The notes: generated by a model from the letters alone, not told the origin. A stretch of 63,625 nt of DNA, filler included, from Asterionella formosa (GCA_002256025.1; 16 parts of 16 records of this genome joined end to end with filler, not necessarily neighbours in it); one strand, 5' to 3'; shown: positions 24,889-38,319, counted from the whole stretch's first letter. Numbers and translations: made by a program.

Positions 24889-25440
24889 CTAGCTGATGGA
24901 ACACTGGTCGTCAACACCATATTGTTGTCCCTTGGACGAACAAGGCCGCAGCTTCCCAACCTTGTGCTTTTTCCACATTCCACGAGCCTTTTTAGAGTGA
25001 AACTCAAAGTCGACCGTACAGTCCACTCGTCCTCCAGATTTCCTTAGAATGGATTCAGCTCCTCCTGGATGCCGGGAAAGATACGAGCTGGCATCGTAAA
25101 TTGTGTCTCCCACGACTAGCCATGCAGAATCGGCAGTGCAATGGTGACGGACTTGACAGATGGTATAATAGCTCTCCACCGAAGAAAATGGATAATGGTC
25201 TGCTTCTAAGCACATTGATGATTGCGGTGTGCTGCAAATGTGGCGACAATGTGTACAGACATTATATTCCAGACTGTTCAGTGACAATTCGCATCCCTGC
25301 ACTGGCAATTCTTGAGTGCCGCCATTTCCGAAGTCGTGTTCACTGACATGGCTCGTGATGGACTTGCACATTTTGCTGTGATTACAATCTTGCTTGTGCA
25401 AAGGACTTCTCAGGGAAGTATTTCCCACAGCGATGGCCAT
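24889..25440 (-). CDS. Cytochrome b5-like heme/steroid-binding domain protein
   Basis: [27 protein letters not shown]...[13 protein letters not shown]; both heme His present; Cys-rich N-terminal extension. Confidence 0.85.
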   Translation of the reverse strand: MAIAVGNTSLRSPLHKQDCNHSKMCKSITSHVSEHDFGNGGTQELPVQGCELSLNSLEYNVCTHCRHICSTPQSSMCLEADHYPFSSVESYYTICQVRHHCTADSAWLVVGDTIYDASSYLSRHPGGAESILRKSGGRVDCTVDFEFHSKKARGMWKKHKVGKLRPCSSKGQQYGVDDQCSIS

Positions 25441-26249
25441 TTATGATAATAATCTCGTCTTCGTTGATCAATGTTGACAGAGAGAGGAAACGTGGAAAAT
25501 TATGACAACATGAACTGCATATGTGTACGGTATATTTGTAAAATGAGTTCCAGTACTGTACCAGGTACCGATAGGTAACCAGCGTAATAGTGCCAAAAGT
25601 ACCACTGGCACAGGGTTGCCTGGCGGAAATGTAGGCTGTGCGTAGGCCGTTTCGTTGTGACCTCGCTCCTCCTCGACAATGACACACTGAGATGCATCAA
25701 CATCTCCTATATACCGGTAGTCAATATGGAGTAGGAGTAGGTAGCAGGTACCTGGTACCACCAGGTGATCGACAGGCCGCTTCTTCTGGAAATGCAGACG
25801 TATTAGGTAATAGTAGTAAAGAATGCTATGTAGCATATACAAGTGCGACAAACAAAATAAATATGTGGCAACAACATCCAAGCAGTGAATAGCCGCATGC
25901 CAATCTCGTGTCGAATTCAAAACATTCGAGGTCCAATGAATGTAAATGGAGAATGGCAACAGTTGTTATTACTTGAAGCTAGAAGGATAAATGTTGGAGC
26001 AACCTATTTTCAAAACAAAACAGCTCGTGATGATGGGCAATTATAGACGATAGAGTGATGTCATGTGCACGCTACTCGAGTTCGCAAAAGAGGAAACAGA
26101 GAGGAACGACGCATGCATGCCACACTTCAATGAACTTTTTATCACGAAGGCCCTGCGGTTACGCATTGCGAGGTCTGTATTTTCCCAAAATATTTTTATG
26201 ATTTACCTCAATACACAGTACGTACAAGTGATTGAGGTTGCTGCATTTG

Positions 26250-26497
26250 AAACCCTAGGCAAAAGTTAAAATATTGCCTAGGGTTGCTAAAATTCCCTGG
26301 AATTAAGAATTTTTTTTTGCCTATTTTTAATGACGTGATTCCATTTGAAACATTTAAATCAGTGGGAATTTGCGAATACGTACATAGATTCCTTGTCGAA
26401 ATCGCTAAATATATATATTGACCCAAATAATTAATGTGGGTGATCATATTTGACTAGGGTTTTTTTTGGCGGCTGAACCAGTAATCAGTGTTCTAGA
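26250..26497 (-). mobile_element. Second copy of the Helitron-like end
   Basis: Matches 15953-16031. Also contains a 12-bp perfect hairpin AACCCTAGGCAA/TTGCCTAGGGTT at about 26251-26285. The distal boundary is unknown. Confidence 0.4.
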
Positions 26498-26596
26498 TAT
26501 ACATGGCTGAAACATTTGAAATCATGTTTTCATGTTCCTTGTCATGCATACTACACTTTGCTCCTGATATGAAGGATCATCACACATGGATGACGT

Positions 26597-26734
26597 GGAA
26601 AACGAAAGTGATGATACAACACAATAATACTTGTGACCAGTTTAAAACGAGTGACTATGGAGAAAGGAAAACGAAAGTGATGATACAACACAATAATACT
26701 TGTGACCAGTTTAAAAGGAGTGACTATGGAGAAG
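26597..26734. repeat. 69-bp tandem duplication
   Basis: GGAAAACGAAAGTGATGATACAACACAATAATACTTGTGACCAG...GACTATGGAGAA occurs twice, starting at 26597 and 26666. Confidence 0.9.
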
Positions 26735-28457
26735 GGCGGAATAAATTTATGGTAAGTCAAGAGCAAATGCCTTTCATGTTCCTTGTCATGCATTCACTTC
26801 CTGAAATGAAGGATCTCAAGCAACACATGATAAGAAAAACTGAAGTGATGATACAACATGATGATACACCATGCGGCTAAGGGCTGTTCTTATCATTCTG
26901 TCATTCTTGGTCATCATTGGTGTATCATCTCCAAAATATGATACAAAAATGGCGGTTTGGTTTTTTTTGGTATATCACCAACGGTTTTTTGATCTGATCA
27001 CTGGTGTATCATGGGTGTATCACTGATACAGTTTTTGGACCCCTGACCAATGCTGTATCAGTGATACAGCTGTTGATCACTGTGATCACGTCCGTTGCCA
27101 CTGATAAAATAACTGTAGACATGCCAGCGCCAACTATATAATTTATTTTGTGGATGGGAAAATCAACATCAGCAACACAGCGCAACTTGAAAACGCCACT
27201 GGTGCAATCGATTGATCTAATGGCGTCTATAACACAAATTCTAACCTAACACCTCTTTTTGCAAGCATTTTTGTCATATGATAGTATTATTGTAGTCATA
27301 TCAGCAGTCATTGCTTTAGTCGTTGTTGTAACAAATCAATAGTTCTGTTTGCAATCATATAAGATGACAAATGTTCTTCTACATTGTTGATTCGTAATTT
27401 CTTATGCAATTTTAAAGATAAATCTATATTTCCTTTTCTATTGTATCGCTCGTACATTGATATCTTAGACCGCAAAAGCGCAGCAAATCCTTTGCCATTT
27501 TGATGGAGAAATAGCTGATTATCGACATGGTCAATGTGTTGACGACAACATGTTGACCAGGGGCTAGCAGCATGTACCACACAGTCTCCATAAGATGATA
27601 TGATATTTGTTATTTTATTCCGGTAGTTATTTTTATTTAAGATACGCATATGCATATTACTGCTCATATATATCAAGATGCTCGTAGCTGGCCTGTCACC
27701 GTAGACAATCCTTGTTACTCCATGATACACTGTGATACAAATTAGTGATACAGTGTCATTTTTGGAATGAATGAAATTCAGTTCAAATCGAGTTACCGTT
27801 GCTGATACATTTTCAAAAAAAATCAAATTCCGTGATATACGGCCGAAAAAAATGATAAGAACGGCCCTAAGAAGGAGTGAATATGCAAGCTGTGCAAGGT
27901 ACCTTGATGTCAAGAGCAAATGCCAGGATGATCAATTGCTTGTTGGGATTACAAATACGGAATGACTCGTCCCCTTCTTTCAGTGATGATTCAATAGCTC
28001 CTTTTGGATTTGGTGGCCAACCATCAATGTGTACAAAAGAAATTGGCAAGTGCTATCAGGTATCTTTGGATCAATCCACAAATGTTAGAAAAACTGACAC
28101 ATGTGTGTTGCTTCTTTCAGGACAATGGTAAAAAACAGTATTTGTAAGTTACAAACAGCAGCGTTGGAGCCTATTTATTGATCGATTCTTTCTTATTCAA
28201 GTTTACCGGTAGTTAGTATATCATGTGATTTTACCTTGTTGCATACTGGCTGAATACATATGTAGCCAGTACGGTGGTATGTACACAATTGGAACAAAAG
28301 TTACCTACCGCAGGTACAGCTACGCCATACTGCTACATAATGAACATAACGGCAAGCCATCATATATAAGGTTTGCTCACATCAAATGGAGCACTTGTGG
28401 TTATGGATAGGATTCGGATGCCAGGGCAGTACGAAATGGATTTTTCCGTTATTACCG

Positions 28458-30060
28458 TAAATCCCTTACTCATGTCTCCTCAAATGTACACACCCACTAC
28501 TAGTTGGGGAGACGAATGATGGCGATTTTGACATTGCCCACTTTCGTTGATCAAAACGTCATCCCCATTGATTTCTCCATAGTTTAAAACATACAAATGG
28601 ACATGAAAGTAATATTGTTCTTGGTTGAATCAGTTTCTACGATCATCTGATTTTCCTAATTTTGGCACACTTGTGCGCCAGAAATTAGCACAAGCCACAT
28701 ACTAAATTTTAGAGTGACGTAGAAGTATATTCCTATTTCTACAGGATCTAGATTACTCTAGGACTCTTCCATAAGGGTCAGGTGGTCCATTGCTGCTGGA
28801 AAATAGCTTCCCGTACCCTCCGGGTGCGTTACTCCCGGTTGGTGCATGGATCCGTGCAGGTTTATTATGCTCCTGCAGCATCGCATTCGCCGTACGACTC
28901 CTGCTACCCACATCACAACGTACGTATAGATGCAGTCCCTCCATATGGCTACATACCCGATAGACTTAAACCTGGAGGTAGTTCTAGTCTATCAAACAAA
29001 GGAGGATTACTCCCCACGAGGTTTTGTGTGACCCCGTCCTTGATCAGGCAGTGAGTATATTACAGTAGTTGGAATCGCTACTTTCATCGCTTGCCCGTAG
29101 GAGCTACATGCCAATGTACTATGTGTACCTGACCACCCCTCAAGCTATGAACGTAGTGCCTCTAAAGTAATGGTGAATCTGCCACATTGCCTCGTTATCA
29201 TATGTGTCACGCTGCAAAATGGCATCTTCTATGATCAAGGTAGATAGACTTCTCGATAGCTTTGGTAAAGCCATCGCTAAGATTCAACTTAGTGTCTACC
29301 TTCGCGAGTTGGATAATTCGAGATACACAACACTCTCGCACACAGTGGTAATTAACCATACTATGTTTCTTATGGCATTCAGACCCAGGATTCGAGGTAC
29401 TTTGGAGCGAGCCTAGGTTGTCTCCCAATAATAGCGTTCGTGTTGTCACGGGCACCCCTAAAGATCTCAGCATGTATCTAATGCTGATGGCTTCCTCAGC
29501 AGCCGTTCTACCCGCACATAGCTCTGCAGTGTAAGTCCTAGTTGCTATGGCCCCTTGACGCTTCGATGCCCATGTTACTGGGGTAGATCCTATGAAGGCA
29601 ATCATCCCAGTAATAGAGCGTCTCGTTTTCTGATCATGGGCGTGGTCTGAATCAAAGTATATGGTTGTGCTAAGTTCCTTCCCTAGTGGAGTAGGGAATT
29701 TCTCATCCATTTCTTCGATTGCTCCCGGGTACTGCTCAGTACAATCTGCGCCCTCGTACATGATGTCATGCTTTGGTAAGACATAGTTTTCCGGATTTAT
29801 CTTAATCGCCAGTGCTCTATTCTTGTTGATATACTTGAATACTCGCTCCAGGGCATTTAGATGTTTTATCCGCGGTGCAGAGCTGAATCGACTTGAAATG
29901 GCATATCAAAGATCAAGCCTACCACATGTTATCAACCACTGGGCTATTCCAACTAGCTGTTGGTACAACCTGTGTTGGTCGACATCTAGTAGTTGTGAAT
30001 TGTCTAGCTCTGGATGGAATGTTGGTGAGATAGTAGGCATAACGTTGCCCAATGGATGGA
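28458..30060 (-). mobile_element. 3' part of a degenerate Ty1/copia retrotransposon (RT C-terminus, RNase H, PPT, putative 3' LTR 29009-28458)
   Basis: FHPELD...YQQLVGIAQWLITCGRLDL*YA (in-frame stop), then RNase H YFDSDHAHD...RRSITG...WASKRQ...AEL...GDN...NLSDGFTKA. PPT GGGGAG is followed by TAATCC; the LTR end at 28458 is tentative. Confidence 0.85.
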
Positions 30061-30360
30061 GGCTGCTTGGGCCCAGCAGGTAAATACCTGGGCCAGTTTT
30101 AGATACAAAGCTGGTTTAATTTAGTTGTAGTATAATTTTATAACATTTAGTGATTAAATCTTTTATTTGTTGAGCAAATTGTTTTCAAACTACATGTCTG
30201 ACTTAAACATGGAAAAACATTATTTGTTTTGTTGACGACTAGAAATTAAATCATACAACCAGTTTCAAATAGTTCAAATGCTAGTTAATATGTATTGAAT
30301 TTATCATTTTTCAATCAAGATTTTTAAACCTTATTCAAAGAGGCACCATTTAGAATGCAT

Positions 30361-30870
30361 TTACTCTTGAATTTGTTGGATGTCATCAAAAAGTCGAAAT
30401 GAAGCCACTCCGAGGTTATGAAGCCACTCCGAGGTTATGGTTGCTCCTAACCCTCTTTGTTTGATTGCCACTTTCTTCATACAGCTCAATGATTTGAGCA
30501 AACTTGTCTTGAAATCGAAATCTTGCTTGTTTTGTCCAAAGCAGTACTGTTCTTGCCCCAAAAAACCGACTGTGTACAGCTCTGTTCCATCTCGGAAAAC
30601 CGCAGCCTTTATCGCCATCTGCAGCTCCTTCTCCTCACCAATCTCCACCATTTTCAGCTTGAAACGCACTGTGTCATTGATGCAAACATGAGATCCACAG
30701 CAACGATGTTGCACACATCTTCGCTCATTTGTGAAACCATGTAGGTTGAGTATTTCTTTATCTCGAAGGGATGATGTCATTTTCATGAGGATGGTGGCAA
30801 ACAAAATAATATGATGCATAGTACTGGGAGCTTCTTGTAATAGAAAAATAATATGTTCTATTTTCCGCAC
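30361..30870 (-). pseudogene. Degenerate repeat-associated gene with a C-x2-H-x-C-C-G motif (possibly HIRAN-like fold)
   Basis: EILNLHGFTNERRCVQHRCCG...VRFKL...AIKA...DGTELYTVGFL. A 19-bp tandem duplication at 30401-30438 disturbs the 3' frame. Confidence 0.4.
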
Positions 30871-32557
30871 ATGTAAAATATTTGGGTGTTTACTAGCAAC
30901 AGATAAAAACCGAGACGACAGGAGCGTGGTGGAAGACAGAAGCCCGGGATTAAAAACACACCTTCATTCACCATGGAGAACAACGATGACTGTGTTCCTG
31001 ATACTGGTCCGTTCAGAGGCGTTCTGGCTAAATGTTTTTGCTCCGTTGTTCCTCGATGCTTTGTCATTGCTCATGCCATTCATAATTGCCATGAATGTGA
31101 TTTATTTAGGGAACAATATCAATATTCCAGAGGAGGCAAAAAGATCATGAAAATAGGCACAGTTAATGATTCCATGTGGAGAGAACAAGGTAGCTATGGA
31201 AGATGACTCGCTTGATTGGCGTGGAACAAGAAAAATATCTCAGCAATGGACTGTTGTTCGATTTTGGTGATTCGTGAACCAGTAATACGTTCAGGTAGTA
31301 GGACGATGTGGGGGTGGAGTGGAAGTGCTTGCTCTGGTGCAGCATTGGGGTAGATTTGGAAAAGAATGGGTCTGTCCCACCATTCAGTGTTGACATCCAA
31401 CAATTGACCGACATTCCTATTTAAGAACAAACTCTCCTCCATGAAGAGTAGTAGATAAAGCTTCTATAAATATAGAGTTCCTACTGTTGATTAGGGCATT
31501 AGCTGCTTCTTGACTAGCAACAGACAAATCTTCATTAGCTATCATTCTGGAAGAGATTTCTCGTGGTAAACAAACAGTAAGCCATTTACATGGTGAATAC
31601 CATAGTAGCAAGTCTGAGGTTCAGAGATCAAAAACAGGGGCCTTGAAGCCTACTAAATTAGTCGACTATCAGATAAAATTGCGAAACTAAAATAAGTGCA
31701 CATCTAAACAAAAAAAGCTACATGACGTGCCCGTAGACAACATATGGGAGCAAAAATCCTATCCGTCACGACAAGTGCTCCATGTGATATGGCTGGTTTG
31801 ATTTTATATTCACGGACAAAATATTCGCAATATTCGAACTTCCCCGGAACTCCCAGAGCTCAAAGTTGCTTTGACGAAATGGTAGTGACACGAACTTCGC
31901 AGAAGGACGCGCGACTAGAATTTATTATGATCATTTTTGGAAAATAAACAGCGAGGTCTGTGCACGATACAGCCGCGACATCAGGAATTTTCCACAATTT
32001 TGAGGAAGCACGGAGTTTCCCGTATCTCCGGGTCAGTACAGTGCTGTATATGGTATTCTTTATTCTTTGGGGAGACGAAACGACCACGACTTTACCCAAG
32101 AACTACGGTACCGGCATATACCGGTAGTCGCACATGCACGTACCCTGTACCGGTGCCAATAAATGGTCCCGAAGAAGAACCCGGATCAACAACATACCGG
32201 GAAAATAAAAAATTAAACTCCCAGTTAAACACGTAGTGGAAGCTAGCGCTAGTAGTTAACTACCTGGTACCAGTAGCACCGTGCACAAGCTAGCGACAAT
32301 GATCATAAGGTCCCTGGTACCGTTGCTGCTTGCTTCATCGTGTCTTTTCCTTCTGCATAATAATATGCATATAGCTCATGGGGGGAATCCTGCCGGTATA
32401 CCAGGTACCAGGTACTGGTACCGGAAATACGACTCTATTCCATTTTATGGGTACCAGTGTTTCCATTGTATACTGTCAACATGCCGGAAATGAAGTGAAC
32501 ACAAGCAATGAATGTAGCTAAATGTAAAATATCATGCATGCTAGTAAATGTAATTAT

Positions 32558-33867
32558 TTAAATGCGAAGCTGTGGATGACTAGCACCAGAGCAACGATCT
32601 CGCATCATTTGATTGACAATCTGTGTTACTGTTTTATCTTGACCATAGACCTCATATATTTTGTCAATTGCAGTATGAGCAGTGAATCCAGCTCGAACTA
32701 AGGCAGCCACAGTATCCCACACAACCCGGCGCCGACAATACTGTACCTTGACTCTTCCCCTCTCAACCCTTGTAAATAGTCTAGCTGCCTTTTGTCCCCC
32801 AATTCCAACTTCGAATTCCTGCCAAAGAACAAATAGTGTCTTTGGTGCCTTGGAAAGGCTACTGACATAATTGCTACCTCCATCCTCCACATCCATCATG
32901 TCTGGATCAGCTGTAGCATCAATTTGTTCATTATTGCTTGCATTGCATACCACATTTGCGGTGCTGGCAGCTGCCGAATTTTGATTACCTGCTGCTAATC
33001 TTTGTGATGGCATCCGTGACATTCTTGAAAGGGTAGTTTGCATCTTTTTTATCTCCTTCATAACTGTAACCTGGTTGTATCCCACTTGTGCCTGTAACTG
33101 TATCATTCCATGTTGTGTCTCCCTCTACTGGGAGTATAGCCCAAGGATCCTCTACTGGGAGTATAGCCCAAGGATCTCGTTTCGACTATGCCCAGCAGCT
33201 CGAGCTTGTTGTCCACCTCGTCCTTCACCTGTGGTTGTTGTTTTTGTTGTTCCACCAGCAGCCACACTATTGTCTACTGCAGCCTCCACATCAGCTCCAA
33301 CCTCATCAATGTACACCTGCGCCTCTGAACCATTAACAACAATCAGTCGCCGCTCAACTGGATTATTGTTGTCGATGTTCTGCTGAAGAGGACGACATAT
33401 GATTTCATATGCAGCTTTAATCCGACGCGTTAGCGATTGAGGCAGGTAACCCTGCAATGTAGGCTCAAACACTGCCCACAAAAGTGGAGGTGCCAGCACC
33501 AGTGCAACGTCACGTGCGTACTCAGTGCAAACATTTGGGACCACATACTGTAAAAGCCAGCTGTCTGACACTCCGTTTGATTCCTTTATGACATATTTGC
33601 ATGCTCCACCAATGCAAAGTGCTGCGGCCACCTTGGCATTAGGGTAGGGGAGCTCTACATCTATGTACGTATCCACTTGCCTTGTATGTCTTTTCCAGCG
33701 TCCACCGAAGTCAATATCATCCCTGGAGCATCCATTTCTACGTGCATGCGTCGACGGATATTTGCGGAGGCTGTGAGTTCCAATGAGACCTGTCACAACT
33801 TTCTCGAACTCACTCTTTGCCCAAACATCGTCTCGCAGGATCCGATATGCTCTGTTCTTTGCGTTTT
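32558..33867 (-). mobile_element. Crypton-type tyrosine-recombinase transposon ORF (YR C-terminal half plus GCR1_C-like domain), pseudogenised and 5'-truncated by contig end
   Basis: GTHSLRK (HxxR), GRW and a downstream Tyr (VDTY). In-frame C-terminal PKTLFVLWQEFEVGIGGQKAARLF...YCRRRVVWD domain. Two in-frame TAG stops lie inside a 27-bp duplication at 33123-33176. Confidence 0.75.
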
Positions 33868-33967
33868 NNNNNNNNNNNNNNNNNNNNNNNNNNNNNNNNN
33901 NNNNNNNNNNNTTAATTAATTAANNNNNNNNNNNNNNNNNNNNNNNNNNNNNNNNNNNNNNNNNNNN

Positions 33968-34935
33968 CGACCTCATCTTTCCTACAGTAAGTATTGTTTC
34001 GATGAAAGGAAGGACGAAGTGTGATTGAATGCCAATTGGCGATGTGTAGAGTTAGCATAGCTATCCGTACAAAGTCGATTTGCTTACGTCATCAGTCGTC
34101 GAGTAGATCCATACAGCAATTTTTTCATTTCATCGCGACCATGACAGGCCTTGTCTACCGGTGTTGTAGGTCATATAAAGAGCTAATAGCTACAGCTTCA
34201 TGTACCGCTTCCCGCTGAGATACATAGGAACAATGTGATCGATGCAGCAACTCACGGAAACGCCGACTAACCTTTTGTTTTTGCTGCCCAACACATTCAA
34301 AATACTTTTTCCTAGCCACTACTCGGGCTCTGGCTGCTTCGTCGTCAGCTCCTTCGGGAGTGTTGAAGAATCACGAACTCGGCAGCGTGGACCACACTTA
34401 CACGGACGACCGAGTCGACAAGGTTGCTGAGCCCGAACGTCGCGCCTTTACGTACCTCATGCTGTCGACAGCTCGGTTTGCCTACGCGTCCTTTACTCGC
34501 GTCTTGGTTGTTAAGTTTGTCGCATCCATGAGTGCATCTGCCGAAGCCTTGGCAGCAGCGTCTGCTGAATTCGACCTGTCGGATGTACCTGTTGGAAATA
34601 CCTTGACGGTCAAGTGGCGCGGCAAGCCAGTCATGATTCGACACCGTGATGAAGATGAAATTGCAATTGAAGAGGCAGTGACTCTAGGCGAACTCCGTGA
34701 TGCGGCCTTGGCCGAAGATTGCTACATCAAGCCAGAGTGGGTTATTGTATTGGGGATCTGCACACATTTGGGATGCGTTCCTTTGAACAATGCAGGTGAA
34801 TACCATGGTTGGTTCTGCCCATGCCACGGATCCCATTATGATACTTGTGGACGTATTCGCAAAGGACCGGCTCCTTTGAATTTGGAGATTCCGCCATATA
34901 AGTTTATTGATGAAGCAAAGGTGTTGATTGGTTAA
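33968..34935 (+). CDS. RIP1: Mitochondrial cytochrome bc1 Rieske Fe-S protein, 5'-partial; intron 33987-34315
   Basis: CTHLGC and CPCHGSHYD motifs, RRAFTY, KWRGKP, GPAPLNLEIP; phase-1 GT-AG intron with CTAAC branch site. Confidence 0.95.
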
Positions 34936-35080
34936 TTTAAGAGAAAGGACATGAATGTGGCTGGTGTGTGATCAGATACANNNNNNNNNNNNNNNNNNNN
35001 NNNNNNNNNNNNNNNNNNNNNNNNTTAATTAATTAANNNNNNNNNNNNNNNNNNNNNNNNNNNNNNNNNNNNNNNNNNNN

Positions 35081-35885
35081 GACTCATGCTGCCCAAAATA
35101 GTACAAGGCTGGATCAGGAAAAGATTGGGGATTTCGTTGCCAATGTCAACAATCAAATCGCTACATTCGAATATCCTTCTGGAAGCATTGTAAATTAAAA
35201 TGACACAAACATCAATTTTGACATATTTGGATCAACAACTTTGGTGAACCATGGCGAAAGGACCATCGGGCTTCAAACCACAGCAGGGAATTAGAATTGC
35301 TGCACTGTGCTGTCAGGTGTGAAAATGAGCGGCGAGAAATTGCCACCATTCATTGTATTTACAGGAACAAAGAATGGACTTAGCTATTGCCAGGCAATTG
35401 GGATTAATAGACAATAATAAAAAAATTCTGGTTGGTATTAAATATGCTTGTCAACCCAAAGCTTGGGTTGATACACCAGACATATTCTTATGATGGATCG
35501 AAATAGTTTGGCATCCATTGTTTGCTTTGGAAAAAGGCGGCAAGACTTATCACCTCATCGTGAATTATTTTACTGTCCAAAAGGAAGGACAATGTGTCAA
35601 TACAATTAAAAATTGCGGCACTGAGGTTGATTACATCTTCCCAGGCTACTACACTTCTAGAACAAAATGTTGGATGTAGGAGTTAATGAGCCCTTCAAGG
35701 ACTAGTACATGCGAGGATACTGGGAAGACTACATAGTCGCCAATGTGGATTATGCCAGGGTGCAAAGTCACCACATTGCACGCACAATGGGTAGAAATGG
35801 CATAGGCCAGAGAGTGTCAATTGATACTATCACCAATACCTGCTGGAGGAGCATTGGATTTGACAGCTTTGCTACTGTTACATAG
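35081..35885 (+). pseudogene. Decayed pogo-like (DDE_1) transposase of the Tc1/mariner superfamily
   Basis: Frameshifted remnants TNINFD, SGEKLPPFIVFTG, YACQPKAWVD and LDVGVNEPFK; multiple stops. Confidence 0.75.
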
Positions 35886-36193
35886 TCAGTTAGCTAGTAT
35901 TGGATAGGATCATTCGATAATCTATTTTAAAATTTTATTTTAGTGAAACAATCATTATTCTCAATTAGATTCATAATGGCACACCCTAATCAAATAAATT
36001 AAGTTGAGGACTACAAAATTACTAGACCGAAGTGATTCTAATGTTGAATTCTAATTTCTAATAAGATTATTAATGTGATAATGTAGATTGATTNNNNNNN
36101 NNNNNNNNNNNNNNNNNNNNNNNNNNNNNNNNNNNNNTTAATTAATTAANNNNNNNNNNNNNNNNNNNNNNNNNNNNNNNNNNNNNNNNNNNN

Positions 36194-37206
36194 GTTTGGC
36201 AGGGTGGGGTGGGCCACGATTCGGACGCCAAGGCAGAAACTAACCCCAAAAAGTGCCAAATGTGTCATGCTTGGATACAGCCATGACCACGCCGGTGATA
36301 CCTACCGCATGTACAACGTTGCTACGAAAAAGGTCTTCAACACAAGAGACCTTAAATGGGCTGACTGGCATGGAAATGCCAAACCGACAGCGGACATGGA
36401 CGAATTCACCACAGACGGATCCGGTATAGATGAGGAATTTGACACTCCTACTAAACCCTCCAACGCAATAGTACCTCCTGACGAACAAGGGGCTGATACG
36501 CAACTACCTACGAAACCGGACGATCCCAGTACTCCCAAGGGAGTGAGCTTTGCAGATTCCGTCGCAGGTGGTATGAGTACGAACGAGCATCGTACGAATT
36601 ATGCTACGAAATCTACAAAGCTAGATCGAGAAATGAATAGGCTATCAACAGGCCTTGTGACCTCGCCTACACCTACTCGTGCAGGTACACGTCAGCAATC
36701 ATCCGCAGCACGCACGCTTATTTTGGATGATGACACGAATGAAAACCTACAAGAACACGAACCTAACGAGGAAGCACATTCAACGAGCCTAGCTTCCGAC
36801 CCACTGGAACCCAAGAGCTACAAGCAGGCACTACTAAGTAACGAAAAAGACGAATGGACCAAGGCAATCAAAGCTGAAATTGAAAACTTCTACTCCCGCA
36901 AAGTGTGGAAGCTACATCCTCGTAAGAATCTAAATGGACGAAAGCCACTTGGAGCAAAATGGGTATTTAAAAAGAAGAATGAGCACGACAACACTACGCG
37001 CTACAAGGGCCGCATCGTGGTAAAAGGCTACGTGCAGATACCAGGTGTCGACTTCACAGACTCATTCGCACCTGTTGTCACGGATACAGGCCTACGTATT
37101 GTGTTTGCGCTCACCCTACACAGAAACGATTTTGTTTGTGAAATTGTGGACATCGAAGCGGCATTCCTCGAAGCCGACCTCGACGAAGAAATCTACATAG
37201 AATGGC
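36194..37206 (+). mobile_element. Ty1/copia pol fragment (post-integrase SH3-like region, linker, RT N-terminus)
   Basis: KCVMLGY...YRMYN, EPKSYKQAL, KWVFKKK, YKGRIVVKGYVQIPGVDFTDSFAPV, DIEAAFL; open across the contig. Confidence 0.92.
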
Positions 37207-37306
37207 NNNNNNNNNNNNNNNNNNNNNNNNNNNNNNNNNNNNNNNNNNNNTTAATTAATTAANNNNNNNNNNNNNNNNNNNNNNNNNNNNNNNNNNNNNN
37301 NNNNNN

Positions 37307-38319
37307 GTGCGGCAGGGTTGCCCTCTTTCGCCTATACTGTTCAACATCTTCATTGATGACTTGGCAGTGGGGACGGAGGAGAGCGGTGCCCTGGTACCAA
37401 CTGGGGACAGTCGCACATGGCGGAACTCCACACCCACACTGACAGTAGGATGTACCCTCTTTGCTGATGATGCGGCCGGAATCTGTCCCTCTCTGGAGGC
37501 GGCCAAACGGTTCTGTACGCACGTTACCAACTGGGTTACAGCTAACGAGATGAGTGTGGGCATAGGGAAGTGCGGGCTGATGGAATTCCTACCGCCAGAC
37601 CCAGGTTCGGCCACCGAACCGCTTGTCCCTGGACAAGATGTGGCTGGACTGGAACTGGAGGGACTTCCACTCCCTGTTGTGGACAGATATATGTATCTGG
37701 GTGTCCTCATGACACCAGGTCTGTCTATCTCGTCTATGGTGGACCATAGAGTCAAGCAAGGGCGGGCCACAGTTGCCACCTTGGTACCGTTTCTACGGTG
37801 CCCGGTGGTACCAATGGCCATGCGTTTGCTGACTGTTGCAGGAGTAGCTGCCCCCCGCCTCCTTTTTGGGGCTGAGCTGTATGGTATGAACCGTCACCTT
37901 ACGGACAAAATGCAGGTTCTTCTGAACCGATGCCTTAGGGCTAGCATTGGAGCCAGGAGGGCAGGGGATGTGCCATCAGTAGGCCTGTGGAAGGAGGCAC
38001 GGATGTTGCCAATGTGTGCCTTGGCGGGTGCCCGACGGGCCAGAGCTTATGCCAAGGCCTCGGGTCTCAAAACCTGGCTTCAGGAATTGGTCCTAAGACC
38101 ATTCCGAAGTCAGAAATGGACATGGTGCTCAGGGGTTCCGCGCTGGCTGAAACGCTATGCGCTCCCCCATGCGCCAGTGTCTATTGTGGAGAGGTACTTG
38201 GGTGCTGGATGGCAGAGCCTGGAACCAAAGGTACTGGCTGAGGTAGTGAAAGCATGCATCTTGGAGAGAGAGTGTGGGATCCGACGGAACTTGACTCGTC
38301 CGTCGGGGGCCCGCACAGT
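37307..38319 (+). mobile_element. Non-LTR retrotransposon reverse transcriptase fragment
   Basis: VRQGCPLSPILFNIFIDDL, LFADD, KCG, YMYLG; open across the contig. Confidence 0.9.

Noticed and set aside
27308..27919. 203-aa minus-strand ORF
   Set aside because: No ATG at the listed start, AT-rich, overlaps repeat-like words, no recognisable domain.
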